Positions 47,705 through 55,821 of a DNA stretch of 64,000 nucleotides are shown in pieces (the stretch's first letter is position 1; the number at the start of each line of letters is the position of its first letter). The DNA comes from a virus: the IMG/VR virus record IMGVR_UViG_3300049979_000188. One strand, written 5' to 3'. Both the position numbers and the translations under genes were made by a program. Under the pieces are notes generated by a model, which ran no database searches, had not been told where the DNA came from, and saw nothing but the letters and a program-made list of their open reading frames with translations.

Positions 47705-48347
47705 GCAGGAAAAACCATTAACTGAGTTTTCTCGCTATGCGCAAGCTGCTGATGGCTTACGTCCTGTGTGCAAGTGTTGCATTAATGCGTACAACAGACA
47801 AAAACGTGCTGAGCACCTCCACCAATACCAAACAGGTCAACGGAAACGCTATCAACTAAATCCCCAAAAATTTCGAGCTGAGAAACTGGTTTATGAGGCC
47901 GAGCACAAAGCTGAAAAAGCAGCCTACGATAAAGTTTATCGTCAACGAAACGCTCTTAAACAGGCACAAGCTAAACGAGAGTGGACTGAACGGAATCGCA
48001 CCAATCCACTTGTAAAGCTTAAACGGAATTTACGTCGCCGATTACATCATGTACTCGCTGGCACCAATAAGGCCGCCAGCACCATGGAATTAATTGGCTG
48101 TACAATTGACGAACTACGAAGCCACCTTGAAGGGCAGTTTACCGCGCTAATGAGTTGGGATAACTACGGGCCATACGGCTGGCATGTCGACCATCGACAA
48201 CCTTGTTACACATTTGATTTAACAGACCCTGACCAACAACGCGTCTGTTTCCATTTTAGTAATTTACGACCGCTTTGGTGGTTAGAAAACGTTTCTCGGC
48301 CTCGGCCTAAACACTATGCATCAAACTCGCATCCGTCTACTCAGTGA
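47679..48347 (+). CDS. HNH homing-type endonuclease inserted in Namat
   Basis: Zn ribbon CRTC...CKCC; GCTIDELRSHLE.QF...MSWDNYG...WHVDH..P...CFHFSNLRPLW..EN. Lower GC (25/60 at 47821-80 versus 41/60 at 47401-60). Confidence 0.85.
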   Translation: MVKSCRTCKQEKPLTEFSRYAQAADGLRPVCKCCINAYNRQKRAEHLHQYQTGQRKRYQLNPQKFRAEKLVYEAEHKAEKAAYDKVYRQRNALKQAQAKREWTERNRTNPLVKLKRNLRRRLHHVLAGTNKAASTMELIGCTIDELRSHLEGQFTALMSWDNYGPYGWHVDHRQPCYTFDLTDPDQQRVCFHFSNLRPLWWLENVSRPRPKHYASNSHPSTQ

Positions 48348-49350
48348 GCGTGAAACGCTCCAGTATGGAGAGTACCGTTATTTCGAGAACATGCTTGACC
48401 TTTACCCCACCGGTATTGTTAGCGTGGTATCCGATACGTATGACCTCTGGCATGTCATAACGAATTACCTGCCGCGGCTAAAATCGCGCATTCTAGCTCG
48501 CGATGGTAAGCTTGTTCTTCGCCCTGATTCAGGGGACCCTGAGCTGATTCTGCTCGGTGACCCGAATGCGCTTGAAGGCTCACCAGCTAACCTCGGGGTA
48601 CTTGAACTACTCTGGAATGAATTCGGTGGTACCATTAATACCAAGGGCTACCGCGTACTTGACCCGCGTATCGGCGTTATCTACGGCGATGGCATCTACT
48701 ACGAGCGCCTGGTGCGCATTCTAGTGGGCATGGAACGCAAGGGCTATGCTACGGTTATCCCGTTCGGCATCGGCGGGCTGCTGCTCCAGCAGTTTAGTCG
48801 CGATACGCTCGCCTTTGCTATCAAGGCTACCTACGTGGAGGCGAATGGTGAGGGGCGTGACATCATGAAGGACCCCATTACCGACCACGCTAAAAAGTCC
48901 TTCAAAGGCCGCGTAGTCGTCACGCGTGACCCCATTACGCAAGAGTACGTAACGCGTGACCAGGTAAGTCAGGAAGAAGCGGCCGGTGGGTTGCTGCAGC
49001 TTATCTACCGCAACGGGGTGCTCTACAACAGCCCCAGCCTGGCTGAAATTCGGACCCGACTGGCCGCTGAACCCCTGCCGGCCGGCTTCGTGCCAACGAT
49101 GGAGGAGCTCTATGCCCTGGCCGACGCTACTCCGCTCTCGCGCTACCAGACAAAATCGGATACCGCGCCGCTGAGTTTTGAAACAGTTCGCAACTGGCTG
49201 GCTACGCAAGGTGCCGACTTTACGCAAGCGCAGGTAGCGGAAGTGCTGATGGCATTGGGCGTAGCTGAAACTACGACTGAGGAGGCTGATTCGGCGCTTA
49301 ACCCGGCCCCGGAAGGGAAACCGGGTTCGCAGAAAGCTCGTCGTAAGTAG
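48316..49350 (+). CDS. Nampt-like enzyme (Namat), C-terminal part
   Basis: Own ATG; YPTGIVSVVSDTYD, LRPDSGDP, IYGDGI, FGIGG, FAIKAT, KDPITD..KKS.KG. Confidence 0.88.
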   Translation: MHQTRIRLLSERETLQYGEYRYFENMLDLYPTGIVSVVSDTYDLWHVITNYLPRLKSRILARDGKLVLRPDSGDPELILLGDPNALEGSPANLGVLELLWNEFGGTINTKGYRVLDPRIGVIYGDGIYYERLVRILVGMERKGYATVIPFGIGGLLLQQFSRDTLAFAIKATYVEANGEGRDIMKDPITDHAKKSFKGRVVVTRDPITQEYVTRDQVSQEEAAGGLLQLIYRNGVLYNSPSLAEIRTRLAAEPLPAGFVPTMEELYALADATPLSRYQTKSDTAPLSFETVRNWLATQGADFTQAQVAEVLMALGVAETTTEEADSALNPAPEGKPGSQKARRK

Positions 49351-49359
49351 TACCTCATC

Positions 49360-49397
49360 ACCTACTCAGGTAGCCAAACCTGCCTGGGTAGGTTTTT
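49360..49397 (+). terminator. Intrinsic terminator after the NARP1 genes
   Basis: acctactcaggtag/ctgcctgggtaggt (two G-U) followed by tttt. Confidence 0.75.
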
Positions 49398-49408
49398 ACT
49401 TGTTCGTC

Positions 49409-49591
49409 ATGAAAAAAGATACCATTGTTTTGCCCCCCGCGCCTGTAACTTCCGCCGTTCAGTGTGACAATGCTGTTTTTACGATTCGTAACACGGGCCA
49501 TTGGGATGGACGCTACCTTATAAGCCAAGCTGTTGTGGAAGACGGCCAGCTTCTCTCCTTCCAGGCCCAGCGCTTACCTGCGCTGGTGTAA
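49409..49591 (+). CDS. Hypothetical protein (60 aa)
   Basis: ATG 49409. Confidence 0.5.
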   Translation: MKKDTIVLPPAPVTSAVQCDNAVFTIRNTGHWDGRYLISQAVVEDGQLLSFQAQRLPALV

Positions 49592-49604
49592 ATTCACCAA
49601 GCAC

Positions 49605-50054
49605 ATGGATAAGACGTTGAATGAAACCACAGCCCCCGTATTTGAGGCCCAGCCCCAGTGGATGACCTTTAATTGCCAGACGCATCGGCATACTCAAGAC
49701 CCAGCTGTGGGTTATCTGGTGGCCCGCAACGGCCATACCGACGATAAGTCACTGCGTCGCACTAAGCTTCTCTTTATCGGTTACGCCAGCCCCGGCGTTA
49801 TTACCCCGCAAAAAGTAGCTAGTTGGCTCCGCCAACTAGGGTATTGGCCCACGCACGTGCACGTAGACCTGGGCCCGTATTTTATCCCGCACTGGCCTGG
49901 TCACTATTACCAGTTTGACGCCGAAGGCTTGTTTTTAACCCACGTCAGCGGGGCTCCCATCAGTCATGTAAATGACGAACCTGTTACCGATTATCAACCC
50001 GAGGTGGACCGCAGCCAAGTGGCCCGGCTCATTAGCTTAATTCAAGCCCCATGA
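49605..50054 (+). CDS. Hypothetical protein (149 aa)
   Basis: ATG 49605; stop overlaps the next start (ATGA). Confidence 0.65.
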   Translation: MDKTLNETTAPVFEAQPQWMTFNCQTHRHTQDPAVGYLVARNGHTDDKSLRRTKLLFIGYASPGVITPQKVASWLRQLGYWPTHVHVDLGPYFIPHWPGHYYQFDAEGLFLTHVSGAPISHVNDEPVTDYQPEVDRSQVARLISLIQAP

Positions 50055-50338
50055 TTACCGCCCAAACCTTAACGGGTGCCACCGTAGAAGTGCTACCCAA
50101 TTTGCCGGCTGAGCTCAAGCGCCTGGCCTTTGAGGACCCCCACCAGCTTGACGAGCTAATCGGTACCACTCAGTACGTTTACAATGCTTTCCCAGCTACG
50201 CACGAAGGAGTCTGGCCCCCCGCCATGGACGGGCAGTATACCCAGTGGGAAGACGAAGCGGGCAATGGCGTTTTCCTGGCTGAAGTTGACCTGGGTTGCG
50301 TTATTCCCTCCACGAGTCTACGCATTGTTACGACGTGA
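50051..50338 (+). CDS. Hypothetical protein (95 aa)
   Basis: ATGA/GTGA coupling on both sides. Confidence 0.65.
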   Translation: MITAQTLTGATVEVLPNLPAELKRLAFEDPHQLDELIGTTQYVYNAFPATHEGVWPPAMDGQYTQWEDEAGNGVFLAEVDLGCVIPSTSLRIVTT

Positions 50339-50706
50339 TTCATGTCGTGAGCAAGCACTGGTACGTAAGTCAGAACCCCGCCCAGGAATTTTACATCGGG
50401 CGGGGTTCTGTGCTGGGTAACCGGGCTACCAGCATTCAAAATGGGTCGACCAAAGCCGAGGTAATCTGTCAGACCCCCGAAGAGAGCATCACCTGGTTTA
50501 GCCAGTGGCTACACGTACAGTTAGCCGAGAAAGACCCGTCCGTTTGTCAGCAGCTCAACCGTATCTACCAGGCAGCCAAGCAAGGGGATGTTTACCTGAT
50601 ATGCTTTTGTAAAAAAGCGCCTCAGGCCAAGCCACCGCAAAAACCCTGTCACGGAGACGTGATAAAAGAACTGATAGAAAGTAAATTAAGAGTTCATGCA
50701 CCCTAA
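50335..50706 (+). CDS. DUF4326-like protein
   Basis: YIGRGSVLGN...WL...LICFC...PCHGDVI. Confidence 0.8.
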   Translation: MIHVVSKHWYVSQNPAQEFYIGRGSVLGNRATSIQNGSTKAEVICQTPEESITWFSQWLHVQLAEKDPSVCQQLNRIYQAAKQGDVYLICFCKKAPQAKPPQKPCHGDVIKELIESKLRVHAP

Positions 50707-50887
50707 ATCAACACTCACCGCGCGTCAAGGTCGGGCCTTACTACTGCAGGCCCTGGTACGCACTCGTTCGGGCACCAGTAAGGTTATGGTGCCGGCCAAG
50801 GACGTGAACCAACTCCTGCTTTTACTCGAAGACCTGGAAGACCAGCTTGCCGCGCAGCCTAGTCCTGAGCAACCCCATGAGCGCTAA
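50696..50887 (+). CDS. Hypothetical protein (63 aa)
   Basis: Coupled to neighbours. Confidence 0.55.
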   Translation: MHPKSTLTARQGRALLLQALVRTRSGTSKVMVPAKDVNQLLLLLEDLEDQLAAQPSPEQPHER

Positions 50888-51179
50888 GAAAAACCCTGCC
50901 TGCTGGTACGCCATTCTCTGGACCCCGCACCCGGAGTACCAGACCAAGGATTGGCCGGACGGTATCTGGACGAAGATGTCGTGCAGTAAAAAATACGCTT
51001 CTTTTCGGCGGGCCATGCAGGCTCTCGATGCTTTGCGGCCGCAGGCGCCAAGCTGGGGCTACCGCATTGTCAGCTGCGAGCCGCCCACGCCCATGCAAGT
51101 GCGTACGCAGCTCGAATCCTGGCAGCACCGGGCGCCTCTTTACTCGACTCACCCCGTGCGCGTATGGCCAGCATTTTAG
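50877..51179 (+). CDS. Hypothetical protein (100 aa)
   Basis: ATG 50877; ends at the IS left boundary. Confidence 0.6.
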   Translation: MSAKKNPACWYAILWTPHPEYQTKDWPDGIWTKMSCSKKYASFRRAMQALDALRPQAPSWGYRIVSCEPPTPMQVRTQLESWQHRAPLYSTHPVRVWPAF

Positions 51180-52465
51180 CAAGATTATGAAATAATTTTA
51201 CAGAAAAATGTTGGTTTCTGTAAAATTATGGGTATATTTGCGGTAGATGTTGAAAGCGTATCAATACAGGTTGTACCCAACCGCTGCCCAAACCGAGTTG
51301 TTGAATCAGCACATCGGCGCAGCGCGTTTTGTGTACAACCTTGCCTTGGATACCAAGCAGCAAGCCTACACTCGGTTTGGTAAAACGCTTACTTGCGTTG
51401 ACTTGATTAACCAACTTCCCGACCTCAAAACGGAGTGTCCGTGGTTAAAATTGGTCAACTCGCAATCGTTGCAAATGGCGTTGCGTAATCTGGATAATGC
51501 CTTTACCAACTTCTTCAAAGGTCGTGCGGATTATCCAAATTTCCGCAAGAAAACCAATGGCGGCTCGTTTCAAGTGCCTGCCAACGGGCAAGTAGACTTC
51601 GGCAACAGTACTATCAGTTTGCCTAAATTCAAGTCCGGTATTAAGTCGGTATTGCACAGTAGTTTTCGTGGTACGGTTAAGACCGTCACGATTTGTAGAA
51701 CCCCAACGGGCAAATTCTTCGCGTCTGTGTTGGTCGATACCAACTACCAAGCCGAAACGCTGGTAGCACTCAACCCTGAAAAGGTAGTTGGAGTAGACTT
51801 GGGTATTAAGGACTTCGCTGTGTTGAGTACGGGCGAAGCCATAGCCAATCCTAAGCACCTGCGGAAGAATCTGGCGCGGTTAAAGGTCTTACAACGTCGG
51901 GCATCTCGGAAGGTGAAACGTAGTGCCAATCGGCGCAAAGCCAACCTGAAAGTAGCGAAGCAACACGAACGGATTGCCAATTGCAGAAAGAATTTCTTGC
52001 ATCAACTCAGTAGCAAGCTCGTCAAGAACCACGACGGAATTGCTATTGAGGATTTGGCTGTCAAGAACTTACTCAAAAATCATAAATTGGCACAAGCCAT
52101 ATCGGATGTGAGTTGGGCAGAGTTTAGAAGGCAGTTGGAATACAAATGCGAATGGCAGGGCAAGCACCTGCTCGTCATTGGACGATATGAGCCTTCCACG
52201 AAGCTCTGTTCAACGTGTGGCTATACGAACCACACACTGACCTTAGCTGACCGGGAATGGAATTGTCCGTCCTGTGGTTCGCATCACGACCGCGACCATA
52301 ACGCTGCTATTAATATCAAGCAGATGGCATTGGTCAAGAATAATACAGGGGTGGAACGCCCCGGTGAGCCTGTGGAGACGCTGACATTGGTCAGGTCATT
52401 GAAGCAGGAAAAACGAGCTACTCTTGTATCGAAGCCCCTCTCCCTTTAGGGGAGGGGTTGTTCAC
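51180..52465 (+). mobile_element. Non-autonomous IS200/IS605-family (IS1341-like) element, tnpB only
   Basis: Left-end perfect 15-bp hairpin 51192-51229; right end GAAG-hairpin-TTCAC ending 52465; about 40% GC in a sampled line; no tnpA. Left boundary after TTTAG is inferred. Confidence 0.85.
51247..52449 (+). CDS. tnpB: RNA-guided endonuclease TnpB
   Basis: KAYQYRLYPT..Q (HTH), VGVDLG, IAIEDL, CSTCG..CPSCG, HDRDHNAAINI; own TATATTTG at 51233-40. Confidence 0.95.
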   Translation: MLKAYQYRLYPTAAQTELLNQHIGAARFVYNLALDTKQQAYTRFGKTLTCVDLINQLPDLKTECPWLKLVNSQSLQMALRNLDNAFTNFFKGRADYPNFRKKTNGGSFQVPANGQVDFGNSTISLPKFKSGIKSVLHSSFRGTVKTVTICRTPTGKFFASVLVDTNYQAETLVALNPEKVVGVDLGIKDFAVLSTGEAIANPKHLRKNLARLKVLQRRASRKVKRSANRRKANLKVAKQHERIANCRKNFLHQLSSKLVKNHDGIAIEDLAVKNLLKNHKLAQAISDVSWAEFRRQLEYKCEWQGKHLLVIGRYEPSTKLCSTCGYTNHTLTLADREWNCPSCGSHHDRDHNAAINIKQMALVKNNTGVERPGEPVETLTLVRSLKQEKRATLVSKPLSL

Positions 52466-52485
52466 ATTTAGACCTGGCGCGTCAG
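52300..52485 (+). ncRNA. Predicted omega/reRNA of TnpB with flanking guide
   Basis: TnpB guide RNAs derive from the right end plus flank. Guide predicted to start ATTTAGACCTGGCGCG at 52466; the 5' limit is a guess. Confidence 0.55.
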
Positions 52486-52548
52486 CGCTGGCACGAGCTG
52501 CTAGGCGTAGACGCATAAGTTTTTTACGTATTTCTCCTTTTAAGCCCC

Positions 52549-53319
52549 ATGTTACCTCTTTCTGAGATTCCCAAGCAAGTGCTTACCGAAGCTTCCTTTA
52601 ACCGCTTCCTCAACTACCATACCCCCAAGGGCTACATTGCGATGTCGGCCTGCATTGGGGCGAAGGTTATGTTTGGCGTCGACGAGCCCACGGCGCAGCA
52701 GGTAGAGCAGGTCAAGCGCTACAATAACCAGAAAACCCAGCAGCTCAAGCAGGAGTTGGCCCAGCGTGGCATGACTTTTTTCCCCGTTTACGGCTCTTAC
52801 AAGGAAGTCGTTCAGGACCCAGCTACCGGGCAAACGTATGAGGAACTGGTCAACGAGGCCAGCTTCCTGTTGTTTCCCCGACGCAAGTCAACCGATACGG
52901 ATGAGCGCGTGGCCGCTCAGCTTATGGCGATAGGCAAGGAACTGGCCACTAAATACAAGCAACAGAGCTTTTTGTTTAAAGCTCCGGGCTTGCAGCAGGA
53001 TGCCCACTACGTGACCCCTACAGGCAACGTGGACATGAGCTTCAACGGCATTAAGCTCAACGACCTCTCGCAGGAGTACGCTACGCGCTTTGCGGGTAAG
53101 ACCGGTAAACAACACCAGTTTACCTACGTCAATACCCCCGAACAGGGACAACCAGCGGAAGAGGAGACCTACTCGCTCAACGAGGAACCTGCCCCGCCGC
53201 CCTTTTTGCAGGAGCAGTACGAGCCCCAGCAGGCTGTAGGGACCTTTTGGTGCCACCAGCACCCAGGTTCAATGAACGAGGCGATGCAGCGCTACGGGGA
53301 AGTTTTTTGGCGCGAATAA
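52549..53319 (+). CDS. DUF3293-like phage protein
   Basis: YIAMSA...NNQKTQQLKQEL...FPVYGSYKE...EASFL...KYKQQSFL. Confidence 0.5.
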   Translation: MLPLSEIPKQVLTEASFNRFLNYHTPKGYIAMSACIGAKVMFGVDEPTAQQVEQVKRYNNQKTQQLKQELAQRGMTFFPVYGSYKEVVQDPATGQTYEELVNEASFLLFPRRKSTDTDERVAAQLMAIGKELATKYKQQSFLFKAPGLQQDAHYVTPTGNVDMSFNGIKLNDLSQEYATRFAGKTGKQHQFTYVNTPEQGQPAEEETYSLNEEPAPPPFLQEQYEPQQAVGTFWCHQHPGSMNEAMQRYGEVFWRE

Positions 53320-53341
53320 GCTCGTACGCTACCGCCGGCAG

Positions 53342-53385
53342 TATTTAGACGCGAGCGCTCGCAAGAAGGGAGCGCTCGCGTTTTT
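53342..53385 (+). terminator. Terminator hairpin whose 5' arm abuts a TATTTAG motif
   Basis: TATTTAG 53342-48; acgcgagcgctc/gagcgctcgcgt perfect 12 bp plus T-run. Confidence 0.7.
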
Positions 53386-53395
53386 ACTGTTTGTG

Positions 53396-54265
53396 ATGTC
53401 TTATTTTTACGGATTACCGCGCCCCAAAGACTTTAAGGCACGTGATGTGCAGCAAGCACTTTTGCTGGCTCAGCGTAAGCAGGAAGTGCAATTAATAACG
53501 CGCTATCAGCTCGAAGGAGAACCTCAAAAACACTGTAATATAAACCTGACGCTCTTCAAAGTGCTGTACGCCCAGTCAGGCCTAACCCATAGCGGGGAGC
53601 AAGTACTGGAAGAAGGGGAGGAAACCACCACAATTGGGCGCCGTCCGCGCCTAGTTACTCTGGTCGAAGATGCTCGACTTCGGTACGATTACTATACGTT
53701 TACCGAGTACGGGAAGGATATTTTGGAGTACTACCACTTAATTTTTCTCTCCCAGGAAGAAGGCGTGGAAATGGTGCACGAACGGGCCCAGTCGGCGCGC
53801 TATACGAAAGCGGCGTTACTACAAAGTATCACGCCCGTACCAGCCAGTGGGTCCCCGCTGCTTAGCGAGGAATTTACCGGGGCTGAGAATGGACCCGACG
53901 GGGCCCTGGCCGAGCAGGAGCAGCTGCTTAGGCAAACCTGGGGAAGTCTGGCCGAAGGCCTGCAGCTACGCCGTCACCCTGTTGAGTTTAGCTTGGTGGG
54001 CCTCTACCATGAGCGGCTTGATTTTGGCTTCACCCTGCGCCAGACCCAGGTAAGCGGTTCCCTCTACTTGCTGCACAAAGTAGACGGCAACGAAGCTGGT
54101 TTTGTGCCCTACGTCCAGGTAAAAGCGCGCGGGACGCAGACCTATACGTTCGCGGCCTTACTCGATGACGACCAGGATGTAGACCTTGGGCTCGACGAGT
54201 TTATCGGTCTTGCGATGGAAGCGGCTGAAGGGGGGGAAGTGGCCGCTGAATTTGTTTTAACGTAA
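53396..54265 (+). CDS. Hypothetical protein (289 aa), putative late
   Basis: ATG after TATTTAG; LLSEE motif. Confidence 0.7.
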   Translation: MSYFYGLPRPKDFKARDVQQALLLAQRKQEVQLITRYQLEGEPQKHCNINLTLFKVLYAQSGLTHSGEQVLEEGEETTTIGRRPRLVTLVEDARLRYDYYTFTEYGKDILEYYHLIFLSQEEGVEMVHERAQSARYTKAALLQSITPVPASGSPLLSEEFTGAENGPDGALAEQEQLLRQTWGSLAEGLQLRRHPVEFSLVGLYHERLDFGFTLRQTQVSGSLYLLHKVDGNEAGFVPYVQVKARGTQTYTFAALLDDDQDVDLGLDEFIGLAMEAAEGGEVAAEFVLT

Positions 54266-54270
54266 ATTTG
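54263..54270 (+). promoter_or_regulatory. -7 element TAAATTTG, 4 nt before ATG
   Basis: acgTAAATTTGacctATG. Confidence 0.65.
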
Positions 54271-54274
54271 ACCT

Positions 54275-55084
54275 ATGTATTCTTTACTCGACCAGAAAAC
54301 CCTCACCATTGAGCAGGTGCGCGAGCGCCTACGCGTCTTCACGCACGAGCCGGATTTCAAGTTTGACCCGGTACCGCACGAATACCGCTTACGCAAGCGC
54401 TTGCTTACCTCGGCCACGAGTTTAGTTAAAAAATACCACAAGCCCTTTATTAAGGAAAAGCAAGCCCCGCTTACGGCCCGTAAAACGGGGCAGACCGTGG
54501 CCGAGGTGCTGGCTGAATGGGAGTACGCCGGCGTGATGGGCTCCATTACCCACGATTATATTGAGCACGAATACCCGCTGTGGTACAACCGCCAAAACGA
54601 CCTGATTAACCCCTACCCTGAGGACCAGGAAGCCACTCGTCGCATCCGTAAGTTTCAGCTACTGCGCGAGCAGCGCCTGCTCGATATGGAGCCTGTCGGA
54701 CAGGAAATCCGCATGTTCTACACTCCTCCGGGGTGGGAGTTGGACTTGGAGCACCCAGGGGGGCTCTCGGGTACGCTTGACTTACTCTGCTGGCACCATC
54801 CTACCCGTCGCTTGTACGTGGGTGATTATAAAACCAGTAAAGTCATTCGACGGGACGAAGACGAGCACTGGGACATGTTTTACCCGCCTTTTCAGCGCTT
54901 GAAGGTAAACCAACACAACGAGTACAGCTTGCAAATCTGCGTTTACCGCCTCTTTTTGGAAAGCATCGGCATTCCCACGGCCGGCGGCTTTATCATGCAC
55001 CTGCCGCCGGGGACCAAGCCAGCCGAAATCATTCAGGCCAAAGACTTTCGCCAGGATTTGCGCTTCCTGTTTTCGAAAAATTAA
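54275..55084 (+). CDS. PD-(D/E)XK (RecB/Cas4-like) exonuclease
   Basis: GSITHDYIE, GTLDLL, VGDYKTS, YSLQICVY. Confidence 0.85.
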   Translation: MYSLLDQKTLTIEQVRERLRVFTHEPDFKFDPVPHEYRLRKRLLTSATSLVKKYHKPFIKEKQAPLTARKTGQTVAEVLAEWEYAGVMGSITHDYIEHEYPLWYNRQNDLINPYPEDQEATRRIRKFQLLREQRLLDMEPVGQEIRMFYTPPGWELDLEHPGGLSGTLDLLCWHHPTRRLYVGDYKTSKVIRRDEDEHWDMFYPPFQRLKVNQHNEYSLQICVYRLFLESIGIPTAGGFIMHLPPGTKPAEIIQAKDFRQDLRFLFSKN

Positions 55085-55121
55085 GCCGTAACGTCGCGCC
55101 CCTGTTCCGCGTAGACTTGGC

Positions 55122-55364
55122 ATGACGACCGCAGATAATATGGTGGCTCAGGCACGGATTGACCCGGCCACCTACATTGGCAAGCAATGCCGTAAGACGA
55201 CCCATGGAGCCAAGAGTAAGCCCTTTAAATCGGGTTTGCAGGTCAATACCATTCGGGCCCTGACCACGCATCCTACCCTGCAGCTACCTGCCTTTCTCTT
55301 TGAAGAGGACGACTCCTGCGTGGAGATGCGTCGTTGCCACGTTTTGGAAACTAGCCATGCGTGA
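55122..55364 (+). CDS. Hypothetical protein (80 aa)
   Basis: ATG 2 nt after TAGACTTG; GKQCRK..KPFKSG..VNTI pattern. Confidence 0.65.
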   Translation: MTTADNMVAQARIDPATYIGKQCRKTTHGAKSKPFKSGLQVNTIRALTTHPTLQLPAFLFEEDDSCVEMRRCHVLETSHA

Positions 55365-55809
55365 GTACCTTAAAAAGGTAGAGTCCGGCCAGGTTTACCG
55401 CCACTACAAAGAAGACTACCTGGTCTACGTCACGGCAACCAGTCGCTACCGTAATACGGATTTTCGACGCCTCAATACGGGGCAGGAAAAACCGGTGCTC
55501 TTAAAGCCACGCAGCAAGTTTACCCACTATTTCGAAACCGAGATGGTGGAAGTAGACCCAGCAGAGGCCCGAGTAGCCCGTCAAATTGATTTGGCCCTCA
55601 CCCAGGGCTATCGCTGGTTTCTCTACCATGCCTACGTTGCCGGCATGCGTAGCGGGGAAATGGTGCGCGTACTAGTTTCCCCGGCTGACCAGCTACGACC
55701 CGAAATACTGGATGAGCTTGATGCCTACGACCCCAAAGAAGACGGCCTCTTAAGTGAGTACCGTTACGCGGCAACTAGCCCACATACTTCCGCCTTACCC
55801 ATGCTTTAA
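55357..55809 (+). CDS. Hypothetical protein with DUF1653-like N-terminus
   Basis: GQVYRHYK..Y.V.V. Confidence 0.55.
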   Translation: MREYLKKVESGQVYRHYKEDYLVYVTATSRYRNTDFRRLNTGQEKPVLLKPRSKFTHYFETEMVEVDPAEARVARQIDLALTQGYRWFLYHAYVAGMRSGEMVRVLVSPADQLRPEILDELDAYDPKEDGLLSEYRYAATSPHTSALPML

Positions 55810-55821
55810 GCCCCTGCTTTC

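Noticed and set aside
47704-48316. Translational bypassing as in T4 gene 60
   Set aside because: The gap exceeds 600 nt, contains its own ORF, and the second half has an ATG.
47666-48317. CACTAT repeat at both sides of the HNH as a target-site duplication
   Set aside because: The copies are 646 nt apart, so excision between them does not restore the Namat frame. A 6-mer match may be chance.
47640-48350. Group I/II intron or intein in Namat
   Set aside because: The HNH ORF fills the whole insert and overlaps both halves. No P7-type or domain-V sequence was recognised, the frames differ, and there are no intein termini. Final exclusion needs RT-PCR.
53343-53350. Self-target of the TnpB guide (atttagac)
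   Set aside because: Only 8 nt match, overlapping the TATTTAG motif, and no TTTAG TAM upstream.
51247-55084. TnpB as Cas12f plus Cas4-like gene forming a mini CRISPR system
   Set aside because: No array or cas1/cas2, TnpB has IS ends, and the PD-(D/E)XK gene is a common stand-alone phage exonuclease.
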